Assembly (NCBI GenBank): GCA_964230215.1
Contig: CAXRGQ010000007.1
Coordinates: forward strand, 789,531 to 853,530
Length of the DNA: 64,000 nucleotides
Source: Flavobacteriales bacterium
GTDB lineage: Bacteria > Bacteroidota > Bacteroidia > Flavobacteriales_D > JAUILH01
Reading direction: 5' to 3'
The translations under genes were made by a program, and so were the position numbers. Position 1 is the stretch's first letter; every line of letters starts with the position of its first letter. This document shows positions 15,577-24,773 of the stretch, in pieces. The notes under the pieces are model-generated. The model had not been told where the DNA came from, ran no database searches, and saw only the letters and a program-made list of their open reading frames with translations.

Positions 15577-18549
15577 ATGCGCTTATTCCTGAGTTTCATA
15601 TGTCTTTTATCAGCGACTTTCGGCTTTGCTCAAAAGAACCAGATAGAACTCAGCTTGCAAACCGGGCACACGGGTGATATTACAGAAGTTCGACTCAGTC
15701 ATGACAACCACCTAATTGCAAGTGCAGCTTCTGACCATAAAATAATAGTGTGGGACATCAAATCTGGTAAACAATTGGCTGCATTGTATGGCCATACAGA
15801 CGTGATTAATGATATCGACTTTTTTCCAGGTGATTCTACATTGATTAGCTGTAGTGATGATGGGAGCGTCAGAATATGGGATTTAAATCACAAGAAAGAG
15901 ATAAATAAATTACAAGACTTTAATGAAGCAGTGAAATGTGTAAGGGCAGGCAATGATGGTCTTACTTTCGCCACCGCCTCCAGCTTTATTAGAGTGTATA
16001 ATAGGACAAGTCTTAACTTTAAACGACTAGATCTAGTGGCAAAGGAGCGATTTGATTGCCTTTCCTATTCTTCAGATGGATCTAGAATACTATTTGGGGG
16101 AGAGGAGGAGAATTGGGTGTACGCATATAATTTACATACAAACGCTGTTGATGTTAAGTTCTTTTCGCAAGCAATAGACCTTGATTTTTCCCCTGATGGA
16201 GAGGAAATATACGTATGCACACCATATGGAAAGCTTTATGTATGGAATGATAGTACTCGATTAAAAAACGGAGTTGCCAGTAATAAAATACTCAACAAGT
16301 TTAATGCCGTGGCAGTTACTAATTCTGAGTTTTTCTTGGGAAATGAGGAGGGCAATATATATAGCTATAAACATTCTAATTTCAAGAAAAGAGGGGTTTA
16401 TCAAGCGCATTTAAGTTCAATTACTGCTCTGGATGTTAGTAATGATGACAGATTGCTTGTGTCCGCAGGAAGTGATCAGTTTATAGTTGTGTGGGATATT
16501 GCCACAGGTAGAATGCTTCAAACGCTAAGAGGGAGCGTTGACAAGTTGAATTGCGTGGGTTTTTCGACTGATGGTAAAGCGATGGCCTTGGGCTACAATA
16601 ATGGGATCATACGTCACTGGAATACTTTATCCAACAAAATTGTGACGACTGTATTTCAGCCTAATATAGTAGACGAGATCCTTGGCTGGGATTACACAAT
16701 AACGAATACAAACATTGACAATGATAGCATAGTAACAGTTCAGGCATACAAGCGCAAGAGGTCTTTCGAAAATAAAGATATCTATAGTGATATAATGCCC
16801 GTTCAGCTTACTTGGAATATAAATGAGAATCGATATGAAATATTACCTGGTTCAAAAAAACAAGAAACGCTTAAAAACCAGTATTTTAAAGACATAAGGA
16901 AAGGGCATGTACGAGATTTACAAGCTTATTTTTTAGATACAGCCAACTTTTACGATGAAAACGCATTGGTTAGTTGCAGAATACAATCAGATAGGTCCTT
17001 GATGATAAAATCGCTTGAAGATGGCACAGACAAGAAAATAATTACGGAGCACACGGATTTGATTTCTGCCGTTGCCATTAACCCAGTTTATTCTATGATT
17101 CTGACAACTAGCTGGGATGGGACTATGAGATATTGGGACATTGAAACAGGAGGGCTGATTGCTAAGATGGGATCTTTTGGGGTGGATGATTACATCTACA
17201 TAGATAAGGACAATTATTACTATTCGTCAAAGGGAGCGCTTAAAAATGTTGCCTTCAGAATGGGTAATAAAGCATTTGATTTTGATCAGTTCGACATCAT
17301 CTACAACCGACCAGATATAGTATTCTCACATTTCCCGTACTCTGAGCCTGAGCTCTTAGCCGACTATAAGCGCGCATATGAAAAACGTATGTCTAAGTTA
17401 GGGCTAACAACAGAAGATTTGAAAGTAAGCGAAGATGTCCCAACAATTAATGTTGAACTCCCTAGTGAGTTGTCAACTAGCGATGGCTTATTTACATTTC
17501 GAATATCTGCAGAAAGTAATCAGGAGAACCTTGAAAGATTATATGTGTACGTAAATGGTGTGCCAGAATTTGGAATAGGAGGTAAGCACATTGATGGTAA
17601 GAAGTATGAATCTGAAATCAAATTAGATTTGTGTTACGGGATTAATAAGGTTCAGGTTTTTGTTTCAAACGAGTCGGGACAAGCTTCTTACAAGGAATAT
17701 TTTGAATTAACCAACAAAGAAAAAAGAAGTAAGCCAGACGTCTATCTTGTCACATTAGGAGCTTCTAAATTTAAACAAGAAGATTTTAATTTGACATATG
17801 CCGCAAAGGATGCAGACGACATTCAATCACAATTTCAAAGGAGCAGACTATACAAGAATGTGCACAGTCTAAATATCAAAAATGACGGTATTGTCAAGTC
17901 GAAAATAGACACAATAAACACATTTTTAGCAGCTGCTAATCCTGATGATGTGGTAATTCTATTTGCGGCTGGGCATGGTGTTCTAGATGCTAATCTGGAT
18001 TACTATTATGCCTCCTACGATATGGATTTTGACTCACCCGAAGGCAAGGGTATTCCATATAGTTATTTTGAAGATGTCTTAGATAACACTAAAAGCAGAA
18101 ATAAGGTGATGTTTCTGGACGCCTGTCATTCTGGGGAAGTTGACAAAGAAGAGGTAATCAAAACGGATGCAGCTGACACAGAAATTGAGGGCATCACATT
18201 TAGACATGTGGGCGTTGATATCTCGAATAAAAATATGGACAACATAAACAGCTTTGAATTATCCAAGAGGCTTTTTGCGGATACGAGAGCCAGTAATGGT
18301 AGTACCGTTATGAGTAGCGCTGGGGCGGGTGAGTATGCTATAGAAGGAGATCAGTGGAGCAACGGTGTTTTCACGTATTGTTTACTTGATGGTTTAAACT
18401 CAAAGGAAGCTGATTTAAACCATGATAAAAGAATTATGCTTAGTGAACTGCAGCGTTATCTAAAGACAAAAGTGAGCCGAATGACAGCTGGTCAACAGCA
18501 ACCTAATGAGCGCTCAGAAAACCTACAAAACGATTTCCGTATATGGTAA
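15577..18549 (+). CDS. Secreted WD40-repeat / caspase-like (peptidase C14) multidomain protein
   Basis: ATG at 15577 gives the signal peptide MRLFLSFICLLSATFGFAQ. Multiple WD40 units follow (e.g. GHTGDITEV...IIVWD, GHTDVIND...VRIWD, AHLSSITAL...IVVWD, EHTDLISAV...MRYWD). The C-terminal caspase fold carries a His-Cys dyad in the contexts AAGHGV and LDACHSGE. Confidence 0.8.
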   Translation: MRLFLSFICLLSATFGFAQKNQIELSLQTGHTGDITEVRLSHDNHLIASAASDHKIIVWDIKSGKQLAALYGHTDVINDIDFFPGDSTLISCSDDGSVRIWDLNHKKEINKLQDFNEAVKCVRAGNDGLTFATASSFIRVYNRTSLNFKRLDLVAKERFDCLSYSSDGSRILFGGEEENWVYAYNLHTNAVDVKFFSQAIDLDFSPDGEEIYVCTPYGKLYVWNDSTRLKNGVASNKILNKFNAVAVTNSEFFLGNEEGNIYSYKHSNFKKRGVYQAHLSSITALDVSNDDRLLVSAGSDQFIVVWDIATGRMLQTLRGSVDKLNCVGFSTDGKAMALGYNNGIIRHWNTLSNKIVTTVFQPNIVDEILGWDYTITNTNIDNDSIVTVQAYKRKRSFENKDIYSDIMPVQLTWNINENRYEILPGSKKQETLKNQYFKDIRKGHVRDLQAYFLDTANFYDENALVSCRIQSDRSLMIKSLEDGTDKKIITEHTDLISAVAINPVYSMILTTSWDGTMRYWDIETGGLIAKMGSFGVDDYIYIDKDNYYYSSKGALKNVAFRMGNKAFDFDQFDIIYNRPDIVFSHFPYSEPELLADYKRAYEKRMSKLGLTTEDLKVSEDVPTINVELPSELSTSDGLFTFRISAESNQENLERLYVYVNGVPEFGIGGKHIDGKKYESEIKLDLCYGINKVQVFVSNESGQASYKEYFELTNKEKRSKPDVYLVTLGASKFKQEDFNLTYAAKDADDIQSQFQRSRLYKNVHSLNIKNDGIVKSKIDTINTFLAAANPDDVVILFAAGHGVLDANLDYYYASYDMDFDSPEGKGIPYSYFEDVLDNTKSRNKVMFLDACHSGEVDKEEVIKTDAADTEIEGITFRHVGVDISNKNMDNINSFELSKRLFADTRASNGSTVMSSAGAGEYAIEGDQWSNGVFTYCLLDGLNSKEADLNHDKRIMLSELQRYLKTKVSRMTAGQQQPNERSENLQNDFRIW

Positions 18550-20291
18550 GAATACTAATGATAGTAATCTGTTTTGCTGCACTTGATGTGCTTGGACAAA
18601 GTGTAGATTTAACAATTGGAGCAAGACATAATTTTAACCTAATTAACGGTAATTCTGATTATCAAATAGCTATTCCTGATCAGGATCAATGGCCTCTATT
18701 ATCATCGTTTGATGATTACCAAATGGAAAGAAATACGGAACTGGAATTTGGCTTAAGGTTTAACATGAAAAACAATTGGTTTTTTGAGACTGGCTATAGC
18801 AATAGTAGACTGGTAATTAATTTATCGGGCACGAGTAATTATTCTGATTCCATATTAACGGATTTGGCGGACAATTCATTTAATGATCTTTATGCAAACA
18901 TGGGAGGATCATATACGTATCAAGAGTTCTATGATTTATACTACCAGCGTGTTTATAACCAAACAAGGGCCGAGTGGGAGACTGATTTGGCATATACAGA
19001 AGAGTTAAAAACGCACAATATTTACTTTGGAGCGGGATATAGATTTTTTCAAAATAAACCAATCAGACCATATGTTAAAGGAGGGATAACTATAAAAAAG
19101 AAGTACGATAAATTTAGCTATCAATATCTTGAGCAGAATAACGCATTGGTGACTAACAAGATCGTTTTCTACAATAACATTCCGAGTATTTGGGATTTTA
19201 TCACTTTTGGGAATATTGGTTTTGGTGTTGATATGTATCGATTACAAGCTGGTGTTAACTTAGAATTTAACATTGGTTCCATTGAAAGAGCTATACCCGT
19301 TGAGGAATTAGATACCACTGGAAACGTAGTAACCTATTATGATTTTAGCAAGCGTCTCTACAATAACTGGGTGCGCGTTGGCTTTCAGGTTACTTATGAC
19401 TTAGTGTCGGCTGATGTGACTTCTAGAGTTAACAGGAAAGCGCTTGAGAATCTAGATCATATTACAACTGGTCGATACGAACGAAAAGAAAGAAAATTTG
19501 TCCTAGGCGCGAAACTTGCCCAGCCAATGATTAACAGTATGTCACGCACATTCGACTCGGTGTTAGTTTACCAAGACTATGTATATGATGTAGTTGAGTC
19601 TGACACAATATATCAAAGAGGGGCGTATCAGGATTTACTTTTTAATAGAGTAAAGAGAGTAGAGTTATCGCCTGAAGTGGCGGGATTTGCTCAGTTTAAG
19701 ATTTTAGACTGGTTTTTCCTAGAAACAGACTTGGCCTATCAATTTGGGAAAGTTGATATAGGAACTGAAGAATGGAATGTTCCAGAATATGACCTTGATA
19801 ATCCAGGGTCCGCATTTGATAATGTAATCCAAGATCTTGGGGCATTCCGATTTTCATATGACGCTGTTAAACTTAAACAACTATTCAAGTTTAGGGTACT
19901 TAATCATGATTTAGTGCGCATTTTACCATTCATTGGTGCTGGCGTGGAGACATGGACACCACGGGAATTTGATAACTCTACGCCTGGAGTAAACAGCTTA
20001 GAGATTCATAAGGATTTCTACAATCATTATTTTCTCGGAGAGCCAAATGAAACTTTACAAGCAGGATATCTTGATCTGTACTCAAATCATGAAGACCCGA
20101 ACATAGACTTAACTAAAACGGCATGGGGCGGAACTAAGGTAATTGGCACCATTATTTTAGGAACAGAACTTGAGTTGGACAGAATTAAATTTGGAGTGAA
20201 TTATGAATTCACTCCTGGATTTATTGATGAGTTAATGCTTTCCCATTACCAGTCATTGACGCTCTCCATGGCATATAACTTTATGCGTTAG
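18543..20291 (+). CDS. Hypothetical secreted protein (possible outer-membrane beta-barrel), coupled to the WD40-caspase gene
   Basis: 582 aa. Signal peptide ...LDVLGQS. The ATG overlaps the upstream stop by 7 nt. Tyr/Gly/Asn-rich alternating segments. Confidence 0.45.
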   Translation: MVRILMIVICFAALDVLGQSVDLTIGARHNFNLINGNSDYQIAIPDQDQWPLLSSFDDYQMERNTELEFGLRFNMKNNWFFETGYSNSRLVINLSGTSNYSDSILTDLADNSFNDLYANMGGSYTYQEFYDLYYQRVYNQTRAEWETDLAYTEELKTHNIYFGAGYRFFQNKPIRPYVKGGITIKKKYDKFSYQYLEQNNALVTNKIVFYNNIPSIWDFITFGNIGFGVDMYRLQAGVNLEFNIGSIERAIPVEELDTTGNVVTYYDFSKRLYNNWVRVGFQVTYDLVSADVTSRVNRKALENLDHITTGRYERKERKFVLGAKLAQPMINSMSRTFDSVLVYQDYVYDVVESDTIYQRGAYQDLLFNRVKRVELSPEVAGFAQFKILDWFFLETDLAYQFGKVDIGTEEWNVPEYDLDNPGSAFDNVIQDLGAFRFSYDAVKLKQLFKFRVLNHDLVRILPFIGAGVETWTPREFDNSTPGVNSLEIHKDFYNHYFLGEPNETLQAGYLDLYSNHEDPNIDLTKTAWGGTKVIGTIILGTELELDRIKFGVNYEFTPGFIDELMLSHYQSLTLSMAYNFMR

Positions 20292-20301
20292 ACGAACAGT
20301 T

Positions 20302-21933
20302 TTAAAATGAGGGAGCTGATATAGTGCGATAGCGTGTCTTTGTAACCACTTGTTTTGCCTTAGGATATTTTATGGTATAACCTAGCTCGTAATTCTGAAC
20401 TTTACTAGGTGCTAACTTAAGCCTCCATGATAGAATTCCGGTCTCTTCATTTTTATCCGCATCTGATATCTCATCTACATTCACATTAATCTCACTATTT
20501 TTAGAAATAGGGTATTGATCCTGAATTTCAATGTCAATTTCCTTCGAGTGCATGTTCTTAATCTTGATCTCGTAGGTATATGATTCCTTTCTGCTTCCGC
20601 CTAAAATTGACTTAGAAGAGTATTCCATCTTTTCAATTCGCTCAATAAGTACTTTATCATCACGCCCCAGAGAGATGCTCATAGTATCGGCAAATTCAAC
20701 AGGATTAATCTTAGATTTTCCAACATATTTATTTCCAAAGTAGATATTGGATGGACCTTCTATCAAGTTGAGGTTTTCCCATCCAGTAATGTCAGCCATT
20801 AAGAATGCCTTTTTCTCTAATTTAGGTACTGTAAAATGAGAATAACTTGCTGGCAGTTTGTTTTCAGATATCCCTATTATATAAGGCTTAGCGTCTGCTG
20901 GGATAGTATATTTTTCTTCAATGTCAAATTGAACACTTACTTCAGAAACAAGAACTTCTTTGTACTTGACTTTTTGCATTTGATTATTATCCCATGTATC
21001 AGCACTTCTATTAGATACGCTAGAATTGTAGTTACTCACTTTTTCGGCTGACTGACGATATGTAGAGTGTGTTGTATAGTTCAAATACCAAGGTTTTAGT
21101 TCTGGTCTTGAAGCGCTTAAGTAAGGATCTGCACTAGATAAGTGCATAGTTACGTCATCCCAAGATATGGAGGTATTATTGAACACCTTGCCTTTATAAA
21201 CGATAGTGATATCGCTATTAATGTCTTGCGCTTTTATATCATAAACAGGTTCCCAACCAGCCTGACTAGTAAGGTATCTAATGCCAACTTTTGCTGATGT
21301 CGTCGTTTTAGACTCAACTAAAACATGAATGTCATAACGTTTGGGATTGTTTTCATAGTTAAGGGTGTTTAGTTGTCGCTGTAGCTTGTTTTTCAAGTCA
21401 GATTCTAACTTTCTTTTGCGCGAAAGTGTATTGATCGCTTTGCCTATTTCCAGCACCCGTGTTCTAAAGAATTCAGTTGCCTTTTTGAGTTCATCTACAG
21501 ATAAACCACTGGCCTCTCCACTTACTTTCTTGTTAGTCATCATCACATCTTTTTCAATTGAATACGCATCAATCTCATTATTTAATGATTCGATAGACAG
21601 TTCAAGAAATTCAATACTGTCTTTCAAGGTTTTTATGCGTGGCTCCAGTGTTTCAGGCACTAAATGATTAAGTTCTGAGCTAACACTAAGTATTTTCACG
21701 TCCTTATCCAATCCAATTTGCACAGATGAAGGATCCATAAAAGGAGATTGATTCTTAAATACTAGCTTGTTCTTGCCTGCAGTAAGATTGACATTAGCTT
21801 CTCTTTTAAGCTCTGCTCCAACTAAAAATATGGTAACATCTTTTATCTGAGCTTCAGAAACCTTAGGCGTCTGAGAAAATAGAAGCTTGCTAAGTAGCAA
21901 AGAGGTAATAACTAATGTGAAGGCCTTTATCAT
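20302..21933 (-). CDS. DUF4139-like (MuiA-type) secreted protein
   Basis: 543 aa. Signal peptide and a central coiled-coil-like segment. The overall pattern recalls DUF4140/DUF4139 proteins. Recognised from memory only. Confidence 0.4.
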   Translation of the reverse strand: MIKAFTLVITSLLLSKLLFSQTPKVSEAQIKDVTIFLVGAELKREANVNLTAGKNKLVFKNQSPFMDPSSVQIGLDKDVKILSVSSELNHLVPETLEPRIKTLKDSIEFLELSIESLNNEIDAYSIEKDVMMTNKKVSGEASGLSVDELKKATEFFRTRVLEIGKAINTLSRKRKLESDLKNKLQRQLNTLNYENNPKRYDIHVLVESKTTTSAKVGIRYLTSQAGWEPVYDIKAQDINSDITIVYKGKVFNNTSISWDDVTMHLSSADPYLSASRPELKPWYLNYTTHSTYRQSAEKVSNYNSSVSNRSADTWDNNQMQKVKYKEVLVSEVSVQFDIEEKYTIPADAKPYIIGISENKLPASYSHFTVPKLEKKAFLMADITGWENLNLIEGPSNIYFGNKYVGKSKINPVEFADTMSISLGRDDKVLIERIEKMEYSSKSILGGSRKESYTYEIKIKNMHSKEIDIEIQDQYPISKNSEINVNVDEISDADKNEETGILSWRLKLAPSKVQNYELGYTIKYPKAKQVVTKTRYRTISAPSF

Positions 21934-22025
21934 CGTTAATAGTTTTTATGTAGAACCACTAAGATTAAAATAAGTTACTGAGTTAACAAACTACACATGG
22001 TGAAATGCACATTTCACTTAGAGTT

Positions 22026-22586
22026 TTACTTCTTTTTACGCTTAAATAGATCTCCAAAGCCACTGTTAATGTCCACATCTCGGTTGTTTACAAGAGTGAA
22101 TCTTAGTCGGATAAAAAATGTGTTGCATGTTACAAATTGGTCAGCTGGAGTCAAGAAATGATAGCCGGCTTGTAAATGAAAGCCCATTAAACGGTAGCCT
22201 AAAGATGGGCCAATGCCGAATCTGTTTTCATCAAAGTTAGTCCTTAGCACAGCATCCGCCCCAAAAGTGAGACCTAAGCGGCCTGATTTATACCAATAAC
22301 CAGCCTCAAAGCCTAAAACATTGTGCTTAAAGTTGTAATCAAACCCTGTGTGGAAACCATGTGTTATAGGATGTATTAGTTTGACATGCTTATACATCCT
22401 CTCAATACCCAATTCAAAAGCATCATACTTACCTCTTGCATATCCAAAGTAAGGGCCAGTTTTAGTTACCCTGATATCAAGTAGGCGCTTTTTATTTTGG
22501 ATGGCTGTTTGAGACTGTAAGTTTTGAGCACTTACAGAAAAAGTCAATGACGTCAGTATTAAAATGTATGTTGCCTTTAATAACAT
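22026..22586 (-). CDS. Hypothetical outer-membrane beta-barrel-like protein
   Basis: The ATG at 22586 gives MLLKATYILILTSLTFSVSAQ. Gly/Tyr/Phe-rich strands. Confidence 0.4.
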   Translation of the reverse strand: MLLKATYILILTSLTFSVSAQNLQSQTAIQNKKRLLDIRVTKTGPYFGYARGKYDAFELGIERMYKHVKLIHPITHGFHTGFDYNFKHNVLGFEAGYWYKSGRLGLTFGADAVLRTNFDENRFGIGPSLGYRLMGFHLQAGYHFLTPADQFVTCNTFFIRLRFTLVNNRDVDINSGFGDLFKRKKK

Positions 22587-22712
22587 AATAAACGCAAAGG
22601 TAGTACTAAGCCTAATACATGAAACCAATCCTTGTAACAATTAGAAAAAAGCATGACATTTGTCAGAAATTAATTGATAATCAATTGCGTAATTGCATAA
22701 AAAAGAAGAATT

Positions 22713-24074
22713 ATGAAGAAAATTTTACTTACTTCAATGTGTGCTGTTGCCTTATTTTCAAACGCTCAATTAGGCGTAGTTTATAACGGCGACCTTGAAA
22801 CGTGGACAAGCTCTACAATATTTGAATCCCTTGATAATTGGAACACGTCTAATCAAGAGTGGCCAGGTGCCGGGACATGTATAAAAAGTACGGATGCACA
22901 GGATGGCTCATTTTCTCTAGAACTTAATACTGTGCTTGTAGATACAGACACAGCTTTTGGTTATGCTGCTTGGGGTGAAGTGGGGAACGACCTGGTTGGG
23001 AATCCATATAGCACAAGCGTAGATTCATTAGTGGCTTATTTTAAATACGATTTCACGAATAACGATTCAGCAACAGTACTTGCTGTTCAATTCACAGCCG
23101 CTGGACCTGTATTAAACATGTGGAAATTTGCCGGTTCTAACACTAGTACTTGGGAAAGAAAAGCTTTCAAACTATTATCGCCTGTACAGGATTCACTGCT
23201 TGTAGCATTTGCATCTGGAAATGCATTTGAAGAGTATTCAAATCCTGGCTCTATGCTGATGGTTGACAATGTGATGCTGACAACTGGTGCAGGAACTGGT
23301 CCAAATATCGGAAACCATTCTTTTGAGAACTGGACCCCAGTGACTATTGAAGATCCTAATGATTGGGAAACGACTAATAGATTTACTGAAATTGGTGGAT
23401 TAGGAAGTAATGTAATTAAATCAACAGATGCACACTCAGGTTCATACGCTGCAGAGCTAACTACTGTGGGTGACTCTCAAGATTACATTCCTGGAATTAT
23501 GACAAATGGGTTTATCTTTTTCGGTGGTGTTGATGGAGGTGTTGCGTATGAGGCCCAACCAACTGCATTGGAGTGTTATTATAAATATGCACCTGATGCA
23601 TCAGATCAAGCCTTTATATCAGTGACGTTTTGGGGTTCTGGCGGAACGGTAATAGAACAGCAAGGAGGTACATTTACAGCAAATGGCAGCTATACACTTA
23701 TGAGCGTTCCTCTTACCGTACCATCTATACCTGACTCCATGAACATTACTATTTATTCTGGAGACAGTGTTGGGTCTGTACTGCACATAGATGATATCGT
23801 GTTCACCGGCGGTAACGTAGGAATTGATGATCAAGATCTATTCATTCAGTTCGAAATGTACCCTAATCCAACTAATGACGGATTTTGGATGAACTCTGAC
23901 TTAAAAGGAAAAGCGCAATACACCATTGTTGCAGTAGACGGAAAGACAGTAGCGAGTGGCTTGGTTAATTCAAACAAAACTTACATTAACACATCTAATT
24001 TAACTCCAGGAGTATACAATGTTATAATGACAAGTAAATACGCACGAGCTACTAAGAAACTTGTAGTTGAGTAA
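22713..24074 (+). CDS. T9SS type-A cargo (Por_Secre_tail C-terminal sorting domain), function unknown
   Basis: 453 aa. Signal peptide. C-terminal MYPNPTNDGFWMNS...GVYNVIMTS...KKLVVE. Confidence 0.7.
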   Translation: MKKILLTSMCAVALFSNAQLGVVYNGDLETWTSSTIFESLDNWNTSNQEWPGAGTCIKSTDAQDGSFSLELNTVLVDTDTAFGYAAWGEVGNDLVGNPYSTSVDSLVAYFKYDFTNNDSATVLAVQFTAAGPVLNMWKFAGSNTSTWERKAFKLLSPVQDSLLVAFASGNAFEEYSNPGSMLMVDNVMLTTGAGTGPNIGNHSFENWTPVTIEDPNDWETTNRFTEIGGLGSNVIKSTDAHSGSYAAELTTVGDSQDYIPGIMTNGFIFFGGVDGGVAYEAQPTALECYYKYAPDASDQAFISVTFWGSGGTVIEQQGGTFTANGSYTLMSVPLTVPSIPDSMNITIYSGDSVGSVLHIDDIVFTGGNVGIDDQDLFIQFEMYPNPTNDGFWMNSDLKGKAQYTIVAVDGKTVASGLVNSNKTYINTSNLTPGVYNVIMTSKYARATKKLVVE

Positions 24075-24096
24075 ATAAACATTTAACTAATGTTTG

Positions 24097-24126
24097 ATAG
24101 GGGTGCATTCGCACCCCTATTTTTTT
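24097..24126 (+). terminator. Rho-independent terminator
   Basis: ataggggtgc-attc-gcacccctat hairpin followed by T7. Confidence 0.85.
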
Positions 24127-24151
24127 GTCTCAAATTATTTAGATCCGTTAA

Positions 24152-24643
24152 TTAATCCTTAGCGTCTGCTTTCATGTCTATTAATGCTCTCTCAAAGACT
24201 CGTTTTAAATCACGATAATTAGACATTGTAATTGTCCCGTATATAAGAATCATCAGAGCAATCAATATAATTGATCCAATAGCTGGCAAGGAAATGACGA
24301 ACTGAATACTTAGCAGCCCAGCAATAACCACAAACATCATAAAACTCCAGAAAGGGATTTCGTAATTCGTTTTGATTACAAGTTGATTGTTATGGATTTG
24401 TATCTCTCCCTTAGCTAGGACCTCTACCCGAAAACCTCTTGTGATTGGTCTATATAAATAAATTGAAAAAAAGTTATTAGTTCTTCTGCCACCAAATTCA
24501 TTGTTAAAATTACCCCAAAATGGTGTTGTATATCCAAATTCAGGATTGATATACTGTGCAACAGTTTTTGATTCTAGAGCTGACCAAAAAGCATCCTTGG
24601 TAACATGTTTTAGGTAGTATGTATGTGAACTAATAGGAATCAT
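24152..24643 (-). CDS. Hypothetical membrane protein
   Basis: 163 aa with two C-terminal hydrophobic helices. No motif recognised. Confidence 0.4.
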   Translation of the reverse strand: MIPISSHTYYLKHVTKDAFWSALESKTVAQYINPEFGYTTPFWGNFNNEFGGRRTNNFFSIYLYRPITRGFRVEVLAKGEIQIHNNQLVIKTNYEIPFWSFMMFVVIAGLLSIQFVISLPAIGSIILIALMILIYGTITMSNYRDLKRVFERALIDMKADAKD

Positions 24644-24721
24644 TTCTCCTCATAAAATCAATAAGCTACTTATATAACATTGTAATTATTAATTGTGGTC
24701 TAGATTTAGGATAATCATTGC

Positions 24722-24753
24722 AAAAAAAAGCACGGGCCTTGCCCGTGCTTTTT
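24722..24753 (-). terminator. Rho-independent terminator of the giant adhesin gene
   Basis: agcacgggc-ctt-gcccgtgct hairpin with T8 on the minus strand. Confidence 0.85.
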
Positions 24754-24773
24754 ATTTCTGTATTTCAATTTAT

